Source of the DNA: Callorhinchus milii
Lineage: Eukaryota
Direction: 5' to 3'
NCBI RefSeq assembly: GCF_018977255.1
Contig: NW_024704762.1
Span: forward strand, 7,440,001 to 7,504,000
Length of the DNA stretch: 64,000 bases
The notes under the pieces are model-generated. The model made no database searches and was not told where the DNA came from. It worked only from the letters and a program-made list of their open reading frames with translations. Below, piece after piece: positions 1 through 14,144 of this stretch. The first letter of the stretch is position 1; each line of letters opens with the position of its first letter. The position numbers were made by a program, and so were the translations under genes.

Positions 1-3000
1 TATTTAATAGAAAACAAAGCAAGTGTTCTCTTTGAAACGAGAATTTAATTGATATACAGAAGAGTTAAAACAAATCTTTTGATCGCTTTCATTTGGTTCT
101 CTGCAGAGCTCAGCCGTATCGGCGCATACATCAACATGTCAGAGTGAGTCAGTGTGTGTGTGCGGGTGTATGACTGCATCCAGTGGAGAATTTGTGGTCA
201 GTTTCCCACTTGGTGCTTCCCCTAGCAATGGGATCCTACACAAGTTAGAATCTTTAAGTGATCATCCCGCTACTTAAACAGGAGAATCGGGGTAAAAGCT
301 GCAAGTGAAGGTATTATTATTATGTGATTACAGTTTAAGTCACCTTGTGGAGGTAATGTCTTAATGGTTTTCAGTGATGCGTCGCCTAGACCAATAGCAC
401 TGACACTTTACATCTGAATATTTTGCCCACAAAATACTACCAATAATAATAATAATCCTTGCATCTGATATAGTGCCTTATCATATCATTGAGACATCTC
501 AAAACGCAACGCAGAATATACTGTAAAGTGGAGTGACTGTGTGTTTTGTGGGCAAATATGGCAGCCAATGGCGCACAGCAGTGTCCCACAAACAGTCGTG
601 AATTAGAGCGACCGTATATTTTGTAAAGGCTTTGAGACACCTGCTATTCAGTTCGCCCCTTGGACAAATTTTGCAATAACTCAGAGAGTTTAAAAAACCG
701 AACGCAGTTCACGCACCAGAGCATCATTGACAGCCCGAGAGCCAGCACATTGGTGATGGACACTTTGGTACTTTCTCAGACCTACAGTGTGAGAACCTGG
801 TTTGTACAGCTGTGAGAGACTGAGGGAGATCTCTGCTGTTGGTTGATATCCAGAAGCTTCCCGCTCCCCCCCCACTCACCCCCGTCCCTGCCTCTCCCCC
901 AACGACCCAGGAGAGAAGGTGTGAACTCACATGTTCCTGCATGGGAAAAGGCTTGTTTCTCACAGAATCCTGTGCTGGGCTGCCTGTGTTTATTCAGGGC
1001 ATTTAATGGGGCAATTTAGGGGTCATAACTCACAGAGTAAAGCTCTGCATTGCCAATGACAGAGCCCAGAGGCTGGGTCATTACAGGAATCTTTAGCTCA
1101 CCAATCAAACCCTGCTCATGGCTTGTGTTAGTAAGAGACCACTTTCTGGAAGATAACTCTCGGTTAGATTTCTTTTAAAGGTTTTATGACTGTTGGGAGC
1201 TGGCCAAGAGATTAGAACTTCCAGGAATCTGTGGACTGACTAATAGGGACTGAGTAACAAACCATTTAATTCAGAAAATATCACTTCTTGCTGCTACTGA
1301 AGTGGTTTCATTGATTTATCTCTCCTGCGCCCACGATTTCCTTCTCAAGCAGCTTCCTATCTCTCCGATCTGCTCTTAACTCACTCCTCAAGCAGCTTCC
1401 TATCTCTCCCATCTGCTCAGCTGTCCTCTGTGCTACATTGGCTGACCGAGTCATCGGTCAAGGTTCCCCAAATCTCAGGAACTCCCTACCTCTATAGCTT
1501 TGCCTTGCCCCCCCTCTCTATCTGTCCTTAAATCCCACTTTAAAACCTACTTTTTGTCCCCCGCCCCCCACAAAAAAAAATTTGATCACTCAACCACGAC
1601 TGTTTGCGGGACGCTGCTGTGCACAATTGGCTACCACATTTCGCCCACAAACTACAGTCAATCCACTTCACAATATATGCTGTGAAGCGTTTTGAGACGT
1701 CTCAACGACATAAAGCACTTTATCAAATGCAAGGATTATTATTACCTTTTCGACTGCATCTATGTTCACTTCCCTCTTCCCCCTTCTCCCTAGCTCAGCA
1801 TCCAACCCCACCCTAACCCAGAGGTCACTGAGGCCAACTGTAATGACACATTGTGCCCCAGTCGGCAACTTAGCTCTGAGCAGGATATGAACTTGGGACC
1901 TTCCTGCTTCTGTGCATTTCGGTGCTGCGTTTACCCATTCAAGCGACCCCCCCAAAAAATGCCAGACTCAGCAAAAAAAAATCAAGCGAGGATCAAGGAG
2001 TTAACGATCTTCAGCCTCGTCTCTTGTTCATTACGTGAGAACAATGGCAGCTCCTGCCTGCAGTCTGGGCTCTGAGCTGAGACTGGAAGTCACGAGAACG
2101 TGGGAAGAGTCCGATTTCCTCCAGAGAGAGAGGGGGAGAATGCTGGGAAAGCCACGGAACTTCCTCCACAGCGCACCGTCCTAGCACCAACCCCATTGTG
2201 TCCCTCTCACTCTCTGGGAAGCTCAGATATCTCAGCAATTGAATTGTAGAAACAATTCTCCTTTGTCTCTGGTTACAAAGGGAGATTTGCCATGAATTCC
2301 TTTTTTTTAAATATACATACACACACATTTATATATGCCCTTGATTATATTTACGAGACAATAAGTGGTGGTGGCTCCATTTGGCAACGAACCAAGGAAA
2401 GGTCAAAACAAATTACTTCTAATTTACGCGAGAATCTTTTTGCATTTGCTTCAGTGCCTGGAATATGAAACCAAAATGTGTTTTATCTGGAGGATTGCTG
2501 GCCAAGACCCTGTGAGAAACTCTGGGATGCTTAACGTCAACCTTTCATGAGGAAGGGGTTTGAATGATGGTCACAGATGACATTACGTAGTTCACTGGTG
2601 TCATACCTCAGAGCATGTGCTGGCACTTGAAAAATAATAATAATAATAATCCTTGCATTTGATATAATGCCTTATCACATCTTGGAGACGTCTCAAAACA
2701 CTTCACGGGATGCACTATAAAGTGGAGTGACTGTATGTTTGTGGGCGAAACGCAGCAGCCAATTGCGCCCAGCTAGCATGAGCCTTCATTCCAGTTAACC
2801 AGTTATTTTTGTCTTCCCTTGATCAGCCTATTAGATCATTCTATTAGATCAGCCATGAGGGGCTGAATGGCCTACTCCTGTCCCCGTGTTCCCTGGGGTC
2901 TGATTTCTCAGATACTTTGCCCAAATGGCCATTTGTAGCCAAAGCATTGACGACTGGCTCTATGGATTAGACTGTTGTTATTTGTCAGGGCTTCTGCATC

Positions 3001-5899
3001 TTACACATGAGGATAATAATAATAATCCTTGCGTTTGATATGGGATCAGCCTTGGCCATGATGTTGCCCCTCCCCACAAACAGTCAAATGTACTACCAAC
3101 ACTTACTGTCAAAGTGACACACGTGTAACATTCAAACCAGGTTCTGGGTCTGCTCAGTGCCTGTGAACCGTCCTTAGTGGTGACACTACAAGACTGTGTG
3201 ACGGAAGCTTTGTTTAGTCGGCTTACAGATGCCTCCACATATACAATAGTGAGCTCTGAGACCTGAGATCAAAATCACAACCTCACATACATGATTTTAC
3301 AGCACATCTGCAATTTGCAAAACGTCTCTGCCAAATAATGGTTAACAAATGATAATGGTGGGGAGAGAGGCTGAGTAAATTCTCCTCTACCACCCGCCTC
3401 TAGCCCATACACCTACCTCTCCCCTCCCATCTTCTCTCCCCCCCGTTTAAGGAATAATTAAAAAAAAGTTCCAGCAATAGCCTTCTCAGCCCCCACCTGT
3501 GTAATTTACCCCTCACCCCCATCAGTAAAACATTCCCCTCCTATCACCTACCGACCCTGGCTGCAGGATTTCACCACTTGACAATAAATTTGCTCTAATT
3601 TCAAAACCTCTGTTTTTTCATTGTTCTTCAATCGAGAGCGAATGACAAATGGGAGGATTTTGTTTTTCCCCAGAAAACTGATGCCCGACCCTCCCAGAGT
3701 CTGGCTCTTGCCCAGTGTTCCTCAGTCAGAGTTCACGTGGGAAAGGCTGTTCCTGGCCTCCGATCCACTTGTTTCCTGGAAGAGAGAAATCCCTGATTTT
3801 TTTCCATTTGTCAGAAAACTTGTGGAAGCCTCCTTCAAGATTTCAACCACTTGGTGATTGACCACTTAATGACCACCCCCCCCACACACACACACACGCC
3901 GCCTATTCAATGGGAAAGGCTGCCTAGAAAAATCAATTTGCGGAAAATCAGCCACTGGGAGAGGAAATCCCCGGCTGGTACTGGAAACTTTGCAAGAGGT
4001 CAAGTTCCATTTTTCCTGGAAATGCTCAGGATTAACCAGAGAAGCGGAAAATAAAACCACCTCTCCCCCCCCCCCCCTCCCCCCACACAAAGGTTTCTCC
4101 ACCAGCTAACCTTGTGTAACATTAACCCGGTGCCTCCTCAGTAAGAAAACGACTTGTTCTTTTAATGAACATCATCACGTCAAAATGCCTTAAAGGTAAT
4201 TATTGTCAAGTGTAGTGACTGTTTTTTCGAGAGAAATGTTGCAGCTTTTTTTTTTTGCATCAGTAAACTTTCTCAAACAGCGATCGAGTGAATGAATGAT
4301 TGTTATGAATCAGACCTTTCACAGAGAGGTTGATGAGAATATGTTAAGAAATGAATCAAGCTCTGGATGAGCATCAGCATAAAGATCCGCGTGTGCCTAT
4401 GTGTGAGCCTGACTGTAGATCAAGTGGATGGCAGCCAGTAGCGATGAGATTCCCATGGACCCTCACATGGTTCTGTCATGTCCGTTCCAATTAAAAGCCT
4501 TAGTTTTGTCACATTCGGCCGAACAGAGGTGTGGGTGACCAGAATCCAGCCTGTGCCTTCAGTGTGTGACGTCCGCTTTCCACTCTTTCCTGACTCGGAA
4601 GGAACATTTCACAACAGGGCGCTTACTGCAAAGAGACACAGAAAAGTACCGAAGCAACACTTAAATTAGATGTGGAAACTCTTGCATGTCTTTACTTCCC
4701 GTTTTCTCCTCCTCCACACATTTCAGAGTGCCTGCCATCCAGTGTTTGTGTGTATTCCCTGTGTCTACACTTGTGTGTTTACTGCATGATAACAACTTGC
4801 ATTCGTATAGCACTGCTCACCCAGGAGAGTGTCCCAGAGCCTTACAGGCCCGCATGGGTATGCATGTGTGAAAGTGTGCATGTACCTGTGTACGTGTGTG
4901 CATATCTGGGGAGGGGCAGTGGGAATAAGAACAAAACCTGCCCCTCACTTCACCCATGTCCACCTACGTGCACATTTCAGCAAAGGTCAGTGAAAGATAA
5001 CTAAGAGCAAGAGCGCTGGCTGATTCTTCCTCTCCCTAGCCTAAGGGAGCCAATTACAACCCTAATATTGCTTTGCGCTGATCCAGTGGACAGCTTCTTA
5101 ATCCAAGCAGCAACCTCTTGTCGTTGTTTAAGAGATGAACAGACGTGCAATTTCTTTTTTTTTTTGCTGAGTTCGCAAAGAGCGACTATTATTGGCTAAG
5201 TCACCTGTTCCTCCCAATTAATAACAATAGTAGTAATATTAATCCTTGTGTTTGATATAGCGCCTTATCACAAATTAATACAATACAAAATTACGTCCCA
5301 TGGTGCTTCACAGAATGTACTTAATATTGGCCCTCACCCACCACGACCGGCTCTCCCAATAACACCACAACACCCTTCCTCTGACCCCCCCCTCCCCCAC
5401 ACTGTCCTACTCCGCCTGCCCCTTCCCCCCGATCACTACTCAGGTCAGCTCCAGTTTCCTGTTTGCAGCCAGCGAATTCAATGAGAATTGACAGGCAGTG
5501 CATTAGACCAAGGCACATTGTACAATATGTTTTTTTTTCTGTTGACACACATAAATCAACACCGTGTTGCTGCATTTCCCGCTTCACATGTCAAGCAAAG
5601 TCCAAACCTCTGACACCAACTATAAACTTCAAAAGATGTCAGTGGCTCCAGAACAAGGTGACCCAGACCAGATTAACCCGGTGATAAGAGCCAACGGTTT
5701 CTGGAGTCAGAACAACCCCGGTCCCATCTGCCAAGTACACCGACCAACCTTGTATTTTAGGCTTGTTTCAGCCACGTTGAACATCTCACTTCAAACCCCC
5801 AACTTGCTACCTCACTCGCGAATCGGGAGCTTTCTGCGGTGAGTGAGTTTTTCTACATTAGGCTTATTTTCTCTCATATATTTTTTGCCCTTAGTGAAG

Positions 5900-6050
5900 G
5901 TGTTTCCACCATTGGTGGCCGTGCCTTCAGCCACTATGCCCCGAAGCTCTGGAACTCTCTCCCCCATTCCCTTGTCCTCTCACTCCCCACTTTCAAAAGC
6001 CGCCTAAAGACCTTCCTTTTTGATCGTGCTTACGGGCACCTCCCCCCCTC
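5900..6050 (+). mobile_element. L2-clade LINE 3' fragment
   Basis: GGRAFSHYAPKLWNSLP...FKSRLKTFLFDRAY is the typical L2 ORF2 C-terminus. Related fragments lie at about 1430-1560, 52297-52506, 59895-60140 (minus) and 60820-61075 (minus). Confidence 0.8.
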
Positions 6051-8853
6051 CCCGTGAGTCGCATGAACAATATTTTTGTGTTTCCCTTCCACGAATGTGT
6101 AATAGCATTAAGCGCAAGGCGCCTTTTTTTTTCACGTCGGAAGGACGTCTCAAACCCCTCGACACTGTCAGCCGGGCACCCGACCCGGTGGTGGGAGTCG
6201 ATGGAAGTGGGGTTGGCAAGGGAGGGGAGAAGATGACCTTACAAAACATTGGGTTGAAAAACACTTCATAAATTTCAGCAGCTTCGGTGCAAAAAGCTCT
6301 GGCAGAAACAATTGCATTGTGAGCTCAGCACTTTGTACTGTATCTGTAACATTGTGCTGAGGGCGGGAAGCAGAAGCAAAATCTGGTTCCAGTTAATTTC
6401 TGCAACTTGGCAATGTTCAACCTTGTTTGTTACAGTCGGCAATCAGTTACCATATGTGTGTGTATACAGTGGGCAAATATGCATGTATATATATATGTAT
6501 GTATGTATACACGTATATGTGTGGGTATATATGTTTGTGTAGGACTTCAGATCATCTGTTCGGGTGATGTTAAACATTCCACAGCACTTTGAAAAACAGA
6601 AAGGTAGTTAGTGTCTCTCCATGACCTGAGATAATTCTTCAGTGAAAACAGTCAATCAGTTTGTGGCTATTCGTGGGAGTGACTGTTCTGTCTGTCTATA
6701 AAACAGCCTCTGCACGTGACAAAAATAATCTGCGAAGTACTCAATAATAATAATATTACTTTGGGACGTTTTGACATTCTGGGTGTCATTTGAAACGTAG
6801 GATTATTTTAGGTGTGTGTTTCTTTGTGAGTGAGGCAATGCTTTCTGAAACTCTGACCTGCAGCCACTGATGTGCGAAGAGGTGAGATGGTCCAAGTTCC
6901 CTTCTCTTTCCCTACAAAATACAAGTACAGTGAGTTCCAGAATCCTTTGTTCCTCTCCAACCGCACAGTTTGCACATTACCCACCAATAAATTCCAACAC
7001 TGGATCACCCTGTGCTTTTTTACTTGCTGCCATTCCCTTTAAATGTCAAGCCAACTTTACCATTAACTTGACTTAAGAGCTCAACATTCAGGGATATAAT
7101 GCAGCAGCTAATAGGGTTTATAGAGACTTGTGGGGACGAACAACAAGAATAGCTTGCATTTATATCGCGCCCTTCACGCAGGGCAGTGTCTCGGGAAGAG
7201 TCCCAGAGGCAGCCAGAAGCTGAACGGTTCCTTGCTCCAATGCTCTACTTGTTAGTTTTCGCTGAAGGCTGGCTGCACTTTCCAAACAGAACACACTGCT
7301 GTTTGCTCTACGTGTGGACGGTAGGACTTGGCTCCTTTCCCTCCGCTCCCCTAACCCCTGCCTTCGTTTCCCCCTCCCCCCACCCGGAGTTAACCTAATG
7401 CTGCTGCGTTTGCCTACAAACAGACAGACAGTCACTCCATTTCACAGCAATTCCTGTGAAGTGCTTTGGGACGTCCTTCCGACGTGATAAGGCGCTATAT
7501 CTGCTGCTACCTTCCTACTGGCTATGCACTGAATGCACACTTCAGAGGCTGCTAGAGACTAACAGTCACACTGAGGAATATCAGCTGAACCCGCCCACAC
7601 CCAAAATCATTCTTGCTTCAAGGGTGATGTAACTAAAGGCTGCACTTTGAACAAGATAAAGCAAGGTGACTGATGGTAGCATCCGTGGGTCGTGATGACA
7701 GATGCCTCTCACCCACCTTGCGCTTCTGCAAGTACAATTCTAACAGGGAGGGGGTTAGATTTAATTTCTAATATTAATAATAATCCTTGCATTTGATGCA
7801 GCGCCTTATCACGTTGTCGAGACGTCTCAAAGCGCTTTGCAGAATACACTGCAAAGTGAATTGACTGTACATTATGTGGACGAAATGCAGCAGCCAATTG
7901 CGCACAGCAGTGTCCCACAAACAGAACTTGGGGGCCAGATTCCTCTTTGATTATAACAATCTGACAGAACAGGAACAACGGCTGATGGTAGGAAACAATA
8001 CGGCTGATTTGCAATGTAATATTTGCCGTTTTCCAGGCAGGTAATAACAGGAAAGAAAGCACTTTCCACCAGACAAGCTCCCCCCATTCTAACTTGGCCT
8101 CCAGCCTGTTGCTGACACTGAGCTCGCCCACTACACATGAGCAGTTAGCGGCCTTCTTACTGCCAGCCGCTCAGGCTGCACGGAAAGAGGAAGAATTTGC
8201 AGATATCCGTACGCATACATTTTGCCTTGGGGTACACACACACACACACACACTCAGACTCTGCACCGTTGAAGCCAGTCAGTCACCATGGTTGCAGTGT
8301 TTTGAAAATGCAAAGAGGGACCTGGCAATGTGCCATCGCGTGACAGCGCCAATGGATTACAAGTGTTTCAACACGTGTTTTATAGCACCATAAGCAATCA
8401 GGTTCTTAATATGTTAGCCAGTGAACTAGTCCTAAGACGGTTTGCTTAATAAGTCTTCAGTGAAAGCACAGGCTGCAGAGGACAGAGATGGGAGATGGCT
8501 GGACAGGACGGAGCAGTCATCAGGAGTCTGTTGAAGTTCCAAGGCCACTGCTTCACATACTCCCCCTTCTCCTTTCACCCCACTCCCCTTACCACCCCTC
8601 CCCCCCCAACCACCCCCCCCTCCACCACCTCATAAAGCACTGACTCACGGCTGCTGCCTTGTATGAATCAGTCCGAGGTGGGAAAGGGTAGCTAGGATGT
8701 GTAATGGAATATCAAGCTGAGTGTGTGCGATTGGAGCTTGAAGATAACTCTCGGTGCCTATCTCTTTTTTTGGCCAGCCGGGTGGCTCGCACATGGGGAA
8801 ACCCATCGCCGTGCTTAAGAGTCTCCAAACCAAGCTGAGAAACCACGCATCGT

Positions 8854-9156
8854 GGAATCTTGTAGCTCAGTGGTTAGAGCGCTCGCCTCGCAAGCGAGAG
8901 ACCTGGGTTCGATTCCCGGCAGGGCGAAACCTTGGGCAAGTTTCCTTAGTACACATGTCTGATAATAATCCCTCAAGAAAAAAAAGCAATAATAAATTGG
9001 TCACTTCAATCCACGATGCCGCTGTGCGCAATTAGCTGCCACGTTTCACCCACAAATATACGGTCAATTCACTTTACAGTATATTCTGTGAAGCGCTTTG
9101 AGACGTCTAGAAGACGTGAAAAGCGCTATATCAAACGCAAGGATCATTATTATTAA
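8854..9156 (+). mobile_element. Full-length tRNA-derived SINE (dominant family in the window, dozens of partial copies)
   Basis: A box TAGCTCAGTGG at 8863-8873, B box GGTTCGATTCC at 8906-8916, body GCTGTGCGCAATT.GCTGCC, tail GTGAAGCGCTTTGAGACGTC...GCGCTATATCAAA.GCAAGGA(TTA)n. Confidence 0.9.
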
Positions 9157-11887
9157 TAATGGAAAACACTGACTGTTTTATCCTCAGTCCATCAAGTCAG
9201 CGGTAAAATATCTATATTCAGTCCGAGTATGGAGAAGGGGATGTCCCTCATTCAGTATCTATTACAATTTCTCACCAGCCTCAGAAATGTCAAGTGCTTC
9301 TCTCGCTTTCGTTTTGTTCCTTGGTTTCCTTTCGTTACCGCACAGTGACAGCGGATTCTCTTTCCTAGCACTCGCTATGGGCTGTACGTAATAGGTATTT
9401 TCTCTGGTCCACCAACTGGCTGTGTAGGAGCCCAGGCATTGAGCTTCAGTCAGCAGGAGGTATCACCATGGGAAGCATCGCAACCTGACTCAGGCCTCAC
9501 ACACTCGCTGTTCATTCAGCAGGAGGTTCTTGGAGGGAGATCAGAAACCGGAACCCCATCTGATTTTAATCTGAATAGCACACTGAGGCACACCTCCCAA
9601 TCCTCTCCTGACTCAGATTAATTACCAGCGTAGACTGGAGATTGCACCTTCCTTTATTAATAATAATAATAATACCTTAATAATAGTAATAATCCTTGCA
9701 TTTGATATAGCGCCTTATCACTCCATCGAGACTTCTCAAAGCATTTCACAGGATTTACTGCAAAGTGTAGTGACTGTGTGTATTTTGTGGGCAAAACGTC
9801 CCACAAAGAGCCATGGAGTGAGTGATCATTTTTATTTGCGGAGAATTGTTGGCCAAGAAACTAGGAGAGAGAAACTCCCTTCTCTTTTCAAACAGTCCCT
9901 TAATGTTCACCTGCACAGGATTGTAATTATAGCATATAATTGTATTTTTCTGATGTCAGATGTGGTGACTGTTGAACTGGTTGCTGGCAGAGCTCAGAGC
10001 TCGTGGCTGTTACTGAGCAAACACAACACTGAACCAGATCCGTTTCCTTACCGTGACTCCGCAAAGTTAATGCCAAACCCTAGGTCTAACCTGTTGCTCT
10101 CTTTCCCCATGACTCAACACTCAATTTCTGTAGACAACCGTGGCTCTCAGTCAAATGTTTTCCAAAAAAAAATGTAAAAGTTTTGCTCGTGAATTTCACA
10201 GAAATTTTAAACTGCCATCGATTTTTGTCAGCAGTTCTTTCCCCGGTTCTCCCCTCCCCTCACCCCCGCTTCTTGCCTCCCCCGTCTCTGCGTTTCCCAC
10301 TGCCTCTTTCCCCCACCCCCGGTTCCAGTGGTCAAGGAATATTTTTTTTAGTCATCCGAGTGTGTGACACATGCAGAAACCCGCCACTATGCACAAGAGT
10401 ATTCAAACTAGATTGAGAGCTCCACATGTGCATTTACCACTCTAGGTCCTGCTGACAAGCTAGGCTGGGCTGTTCTGTTGTGTCACCAGTACTGACGTGG
10501 GAGTGTTGTGGATCCAGCTGGCTCAGGATCCAGACAACTGGGACTATCGCAGGGGGTTAGCTCGACTCTGATGCTCTGTTGATGAGCGTATTGATCTGCG
10601 GATCGCTTTTCCAATCCCTTTAAAAGTGGTCACTTCAGTCCTCGACTGTTTGTGGGACGCTGCTGTGCGCAATTGGCTGCCACGTTCGGCCCACAAATAC
10701 ATACACTCAATTCACTTTACAGTATATTCTGCGAAGCGCTTTGAGACGTCTCAAAGACGTGATAATGCGCTGCATCAAATGCACGGATTATTGTTATATC
10801 ACCTTTGAGCCAGCTCAGACCTAAGGAGACTCTGCTTACCTCCCCCTCCCCCCTGCTTCCAGTAAGACAGTTGAGGAAATAGAAAGGGCAATAAAAATTG
10901 CAACTATTTCAAAGTTGAAACTGAGCTTCTAGAAAAATGTTGGTATGCTTGGCAGAGGGAGGATTCAGCTGAGTGAGTTCCAGTTCACCTCCCCAGCTAG
11001 GGAGTCCTGATCTGCACGGGGAGGGACATGAAATAGCTGACGTACCAATACGAAATGCTGTGCAGTCCAATTGAACAGTTAATTTCTGATGCTGTGCATT
11101 CCAGAAACCCTCGGATTCTTGTGACCCTAGGTTTTTTTTTGCCATGAGTACTTTTCCACGAAAGATGCTCTTTAGAAGGTTTATCTTTGTTTAAACTGAT
11201 CAGATCATCAGTGCGAAACCCTAACCACTGAGTGATTTGAGGGGGGGGGGCTGGGAGTATCACATCAGCCACTGCTTTCTGCAGAACTAATCAGCATTTT
11301 GCTGATTATGTTGGTTTGCTTGAATATGTTGAAAGATTTTCTGACTATTGTAGTGCACGTGTTCAAAATCAAGTCACTGCAGCAGGACAGCGAAGAAAGG
11401 TCGAACTTGGGAAGTTTAATTGTGCAGATAACTGTATTACAAGATGTGAGTTGGTCGAGTTTAAAACAAAACTGCTTGAAGTACTTATCCAGCTCCCTTT
11501 TCAAATTATTTTATTTACTCTTTGCGATAGATAATAATAAACCTTGCTTTTAATATAGGGCCTTATCATGTTTTTGAGACGTCTCAAAGCACTTCTAGAT
11601 GTATTCCCTTTACAGGTTCATTACTTTGTAACCGAACCTATCTCAGTTAGTATTGATAATAAGCATTACTTGGCTGGACAGAACATTGTCAATTTCCTAA
11701 ACTGAAATGAATTTTACTCGCGTCAACTTCTCACGACCCCCAGGTAAATGCATCCCTTCGACTCCTAAATGATGTGTAAAAGGGTCACGTAAACCAGCTG
11801 TTCTCACTACGTTGTGAGAATAGCAAGTTGGTTGCACCGACCAGACATTTAGACCAAACGTGTATTGTATTTCAACTTTAAAATGGT

Positions 11888-11893
11888 TTTATT
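11888..11893 (-). terminator. Probable GADD45B polyadenylation signal (AATAAA)
   Basis: TTTATT on plus, about 735 nt past the stop codon, at the end of a U-rich 3' UTR. Confidence 0.6.
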
Positions 11894-12627
11894 GTGTCAC
11901 TGCAAATGCAACAAGAAAGAAAGAGCATACAAGAAGCTAGAGAAAAAAAAACACACAAAATCAACAAGAAACCGAGGCACTATTCATAAACAAAACGCCC
12001 AGTTAAAAGACAATCCGACACAAGTATAGATGTTAAGTTGAAAATTGCACAGTCCAGTCTAGCTCTTGATAAAGTTTTTTTTATATATAGTTCGAGATTC
12101 AATGCAAGTAAGCGACGTCTTGCACTGAAACATACGGTGTTCATTTCAGGTCGAGTCCTTGACACAGTTACAAGTCTCCTCCAATGGGTAAAAACAATGC
12201 CGACAAGCTTCCGCCTTCAAAACAGCTTGACTCTCTCTCTCTCTCTCTCTCTCTCTCCGCCCGCTTCACACTGTTAACATTTCCTTCAGTTCAGTGGGCT
12301 TAAGGGCTCCTTTTGTTTGCTTGGCTCCACAACTCCTTTCCAGTCCTCGTAGCCACGACCGCAGTCCACTCCAGACACGCTTTCACCTCTCAACTCTGCT
12401 CTGAATCAGATCCAGGTTCTAGCACAAACCACTCTCCCTCTGTCCCTCTGCTGCTCAGCTCCCCGTCAGTCTGAGCGCCCGAATCCACAGCCTTCTCAAA
12501 TCAGCCTTGATTTTTTTTTCTTAGCTTTGCAAACAACGATATTTCAACCCCATTCGCAATCTCTGCTTCGTGGGTCATTTTTTTTTTTGTGTGTGAGGGA
12601 AAAAAAACACAGCACTCTTTTCCGTCT

Positions 12628-14144
12628 TCAGCGCTCTTGCAGACACACAATAGGGACCCACTGGTTCTTGCTTCTGCTTTCTTCGCAGTAGCTTCCTACT
12701 TCTTCCAGAGCGTCGCATTTCCAGGCATCGGTGTGAGAATTCTGCAAATAGACAAAGACAAAAAAAATTCCGACGTTACAAACACGTCACGGTAATCACC
12801 ACGTCAGTTCCAGTCAGTCAAGTCACAAGGCAAACCAGCTTTTAACTGAGCACACTGTTCCACGCCTGCAAAACCATTAACCCATCAACCACCACCACTA
12901 CTACTATTATTAAAACCTTCAACCCACCACTAAAATAAATCAATGTAAATTAATAATAAAGTATTGCGGCTTTGCTTTATTTCCCCTCAACCCGCTTCGT
13001 TTTATTCGGTATTAATAATAATTTGGTAATAATAATAATAATAATAATCCTTGCATTGGACATAACGCCTTATTGCCAGCGTTGCGACTTCCTCCAAGCG
13101 CTTCGCCGGAGTCTAAAATGCATTGGTCTCGAATTCATTTTGTGGGCGAACACCGCAAGACGTTTGAAATTTAAATAGGAAATTCTTTGGGTGTCTTTTT
13201 TTAAAAAAAAGATCATTTGCAGATCAAATGCAATTATTATTTATCGCAGTATGAGGATGATTTTTTTTTGTTTGCAACGATTGCATTAGAATTGCACCCC
13301 ATAAGTAATAATAATAATAATAATTATCCTGCAAGCTAAGAGGACAGGGAGAGATTCTCACCGTGACAAGGATGCAATGCATGTCCCTGGGTTCAGAACC
13401 CTCTTCCCCGACCCCCAACAGCTCCTCCAAACGAGTGACTCCTCGCAACCGCACGATGTTGATGTCGTTATCGCAGCAGAAAGCCTGGATCAGGGTGAAG
13501 TGGATCTGCAAAGCGATGTCCCCTTCGTCCTCCTCATCAGCCGCCAGCAAACACAGCACAACACTGTCAGGATCTCTGCAGAGACAGGGTGGGTGGTGAG
13601 GAGAGATCTGTTAGACAACCATTCACTTTATTAATGATGGGTTGCAATTTGCTATTGCTTTTTTTTTTGCACTCCCTCTCTCTCCCTCTCTCTCTCTCTC
13701 TCCCTCTCTCCAAAGTTGCATAATACTTACACATTCATTAACTTGGCTGATTCGTACACCCCGACTGTGAGACAGTCCTGTCGTTGAGCAGCGACCAGCA
13801 ATTCTTCCAAAGCTTGATCAATGGTCTGCATCCTGGAGAGAGAGAGAGAGAGAGGCAATGCATTAGAAATCCTGGTGAGATAACACTTGGAAACATACTC
13901 ACACACACACAGCTTAAAAGCTGCAAACACTCCACACACACACTCCACACTCCACACACTGTGTGAGTTACCCCACACTGAACCAGTCTTAAACCCCAGT
14001 TTGCATCCATCCACCAAAATAAAATAAAAAAATACCCCTTTGGTCCAAAAGAAACAGCATCTTTTATCTTCCCCCCACAAAAAAAACACTCTTAACTTAC
14101 TTTTTGCTTGTGTTGTCAGTCCCAGTGATTTCCTCCAGAGTCAT
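12628..14144 (-). CDS. GADD45B: Growth arrest and DNA damage-inducible protein GADD45 beta, 157 aa; coding exons 14101-14144, 13731-13832, 13362-13575, 12628-12741
   Basis: Spliced translation [91 protein letters not shown]...[43 protein letters not shown]. All introns are GT-AG and phases are consistent (44+102+214+114 nt). The C-terminus resembles GADD45B rather than GADD45A or GADD45G. Confidence 0.96.

Noticed and set aside
1344-1420. Direct repeat CTCAAGCAGCTTCCTATCTCTCC with 43-bp period
   Set aside because: A small local tandem duplication next to a decayed L2 fragment, with no sign of function.
8854-8925. Possible tRNA-Ala(CGC) gene
   Set aside because: The acceptor stem does not pair, there is no poly-T terminator, and it continues directly into a SINE body, so it is a SINE head.
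1-11800. GNG7 exons expected downstream of GADD45B from human synteny
   Set aside because: No G-protein gamma peptide could be found by eye in this interval.
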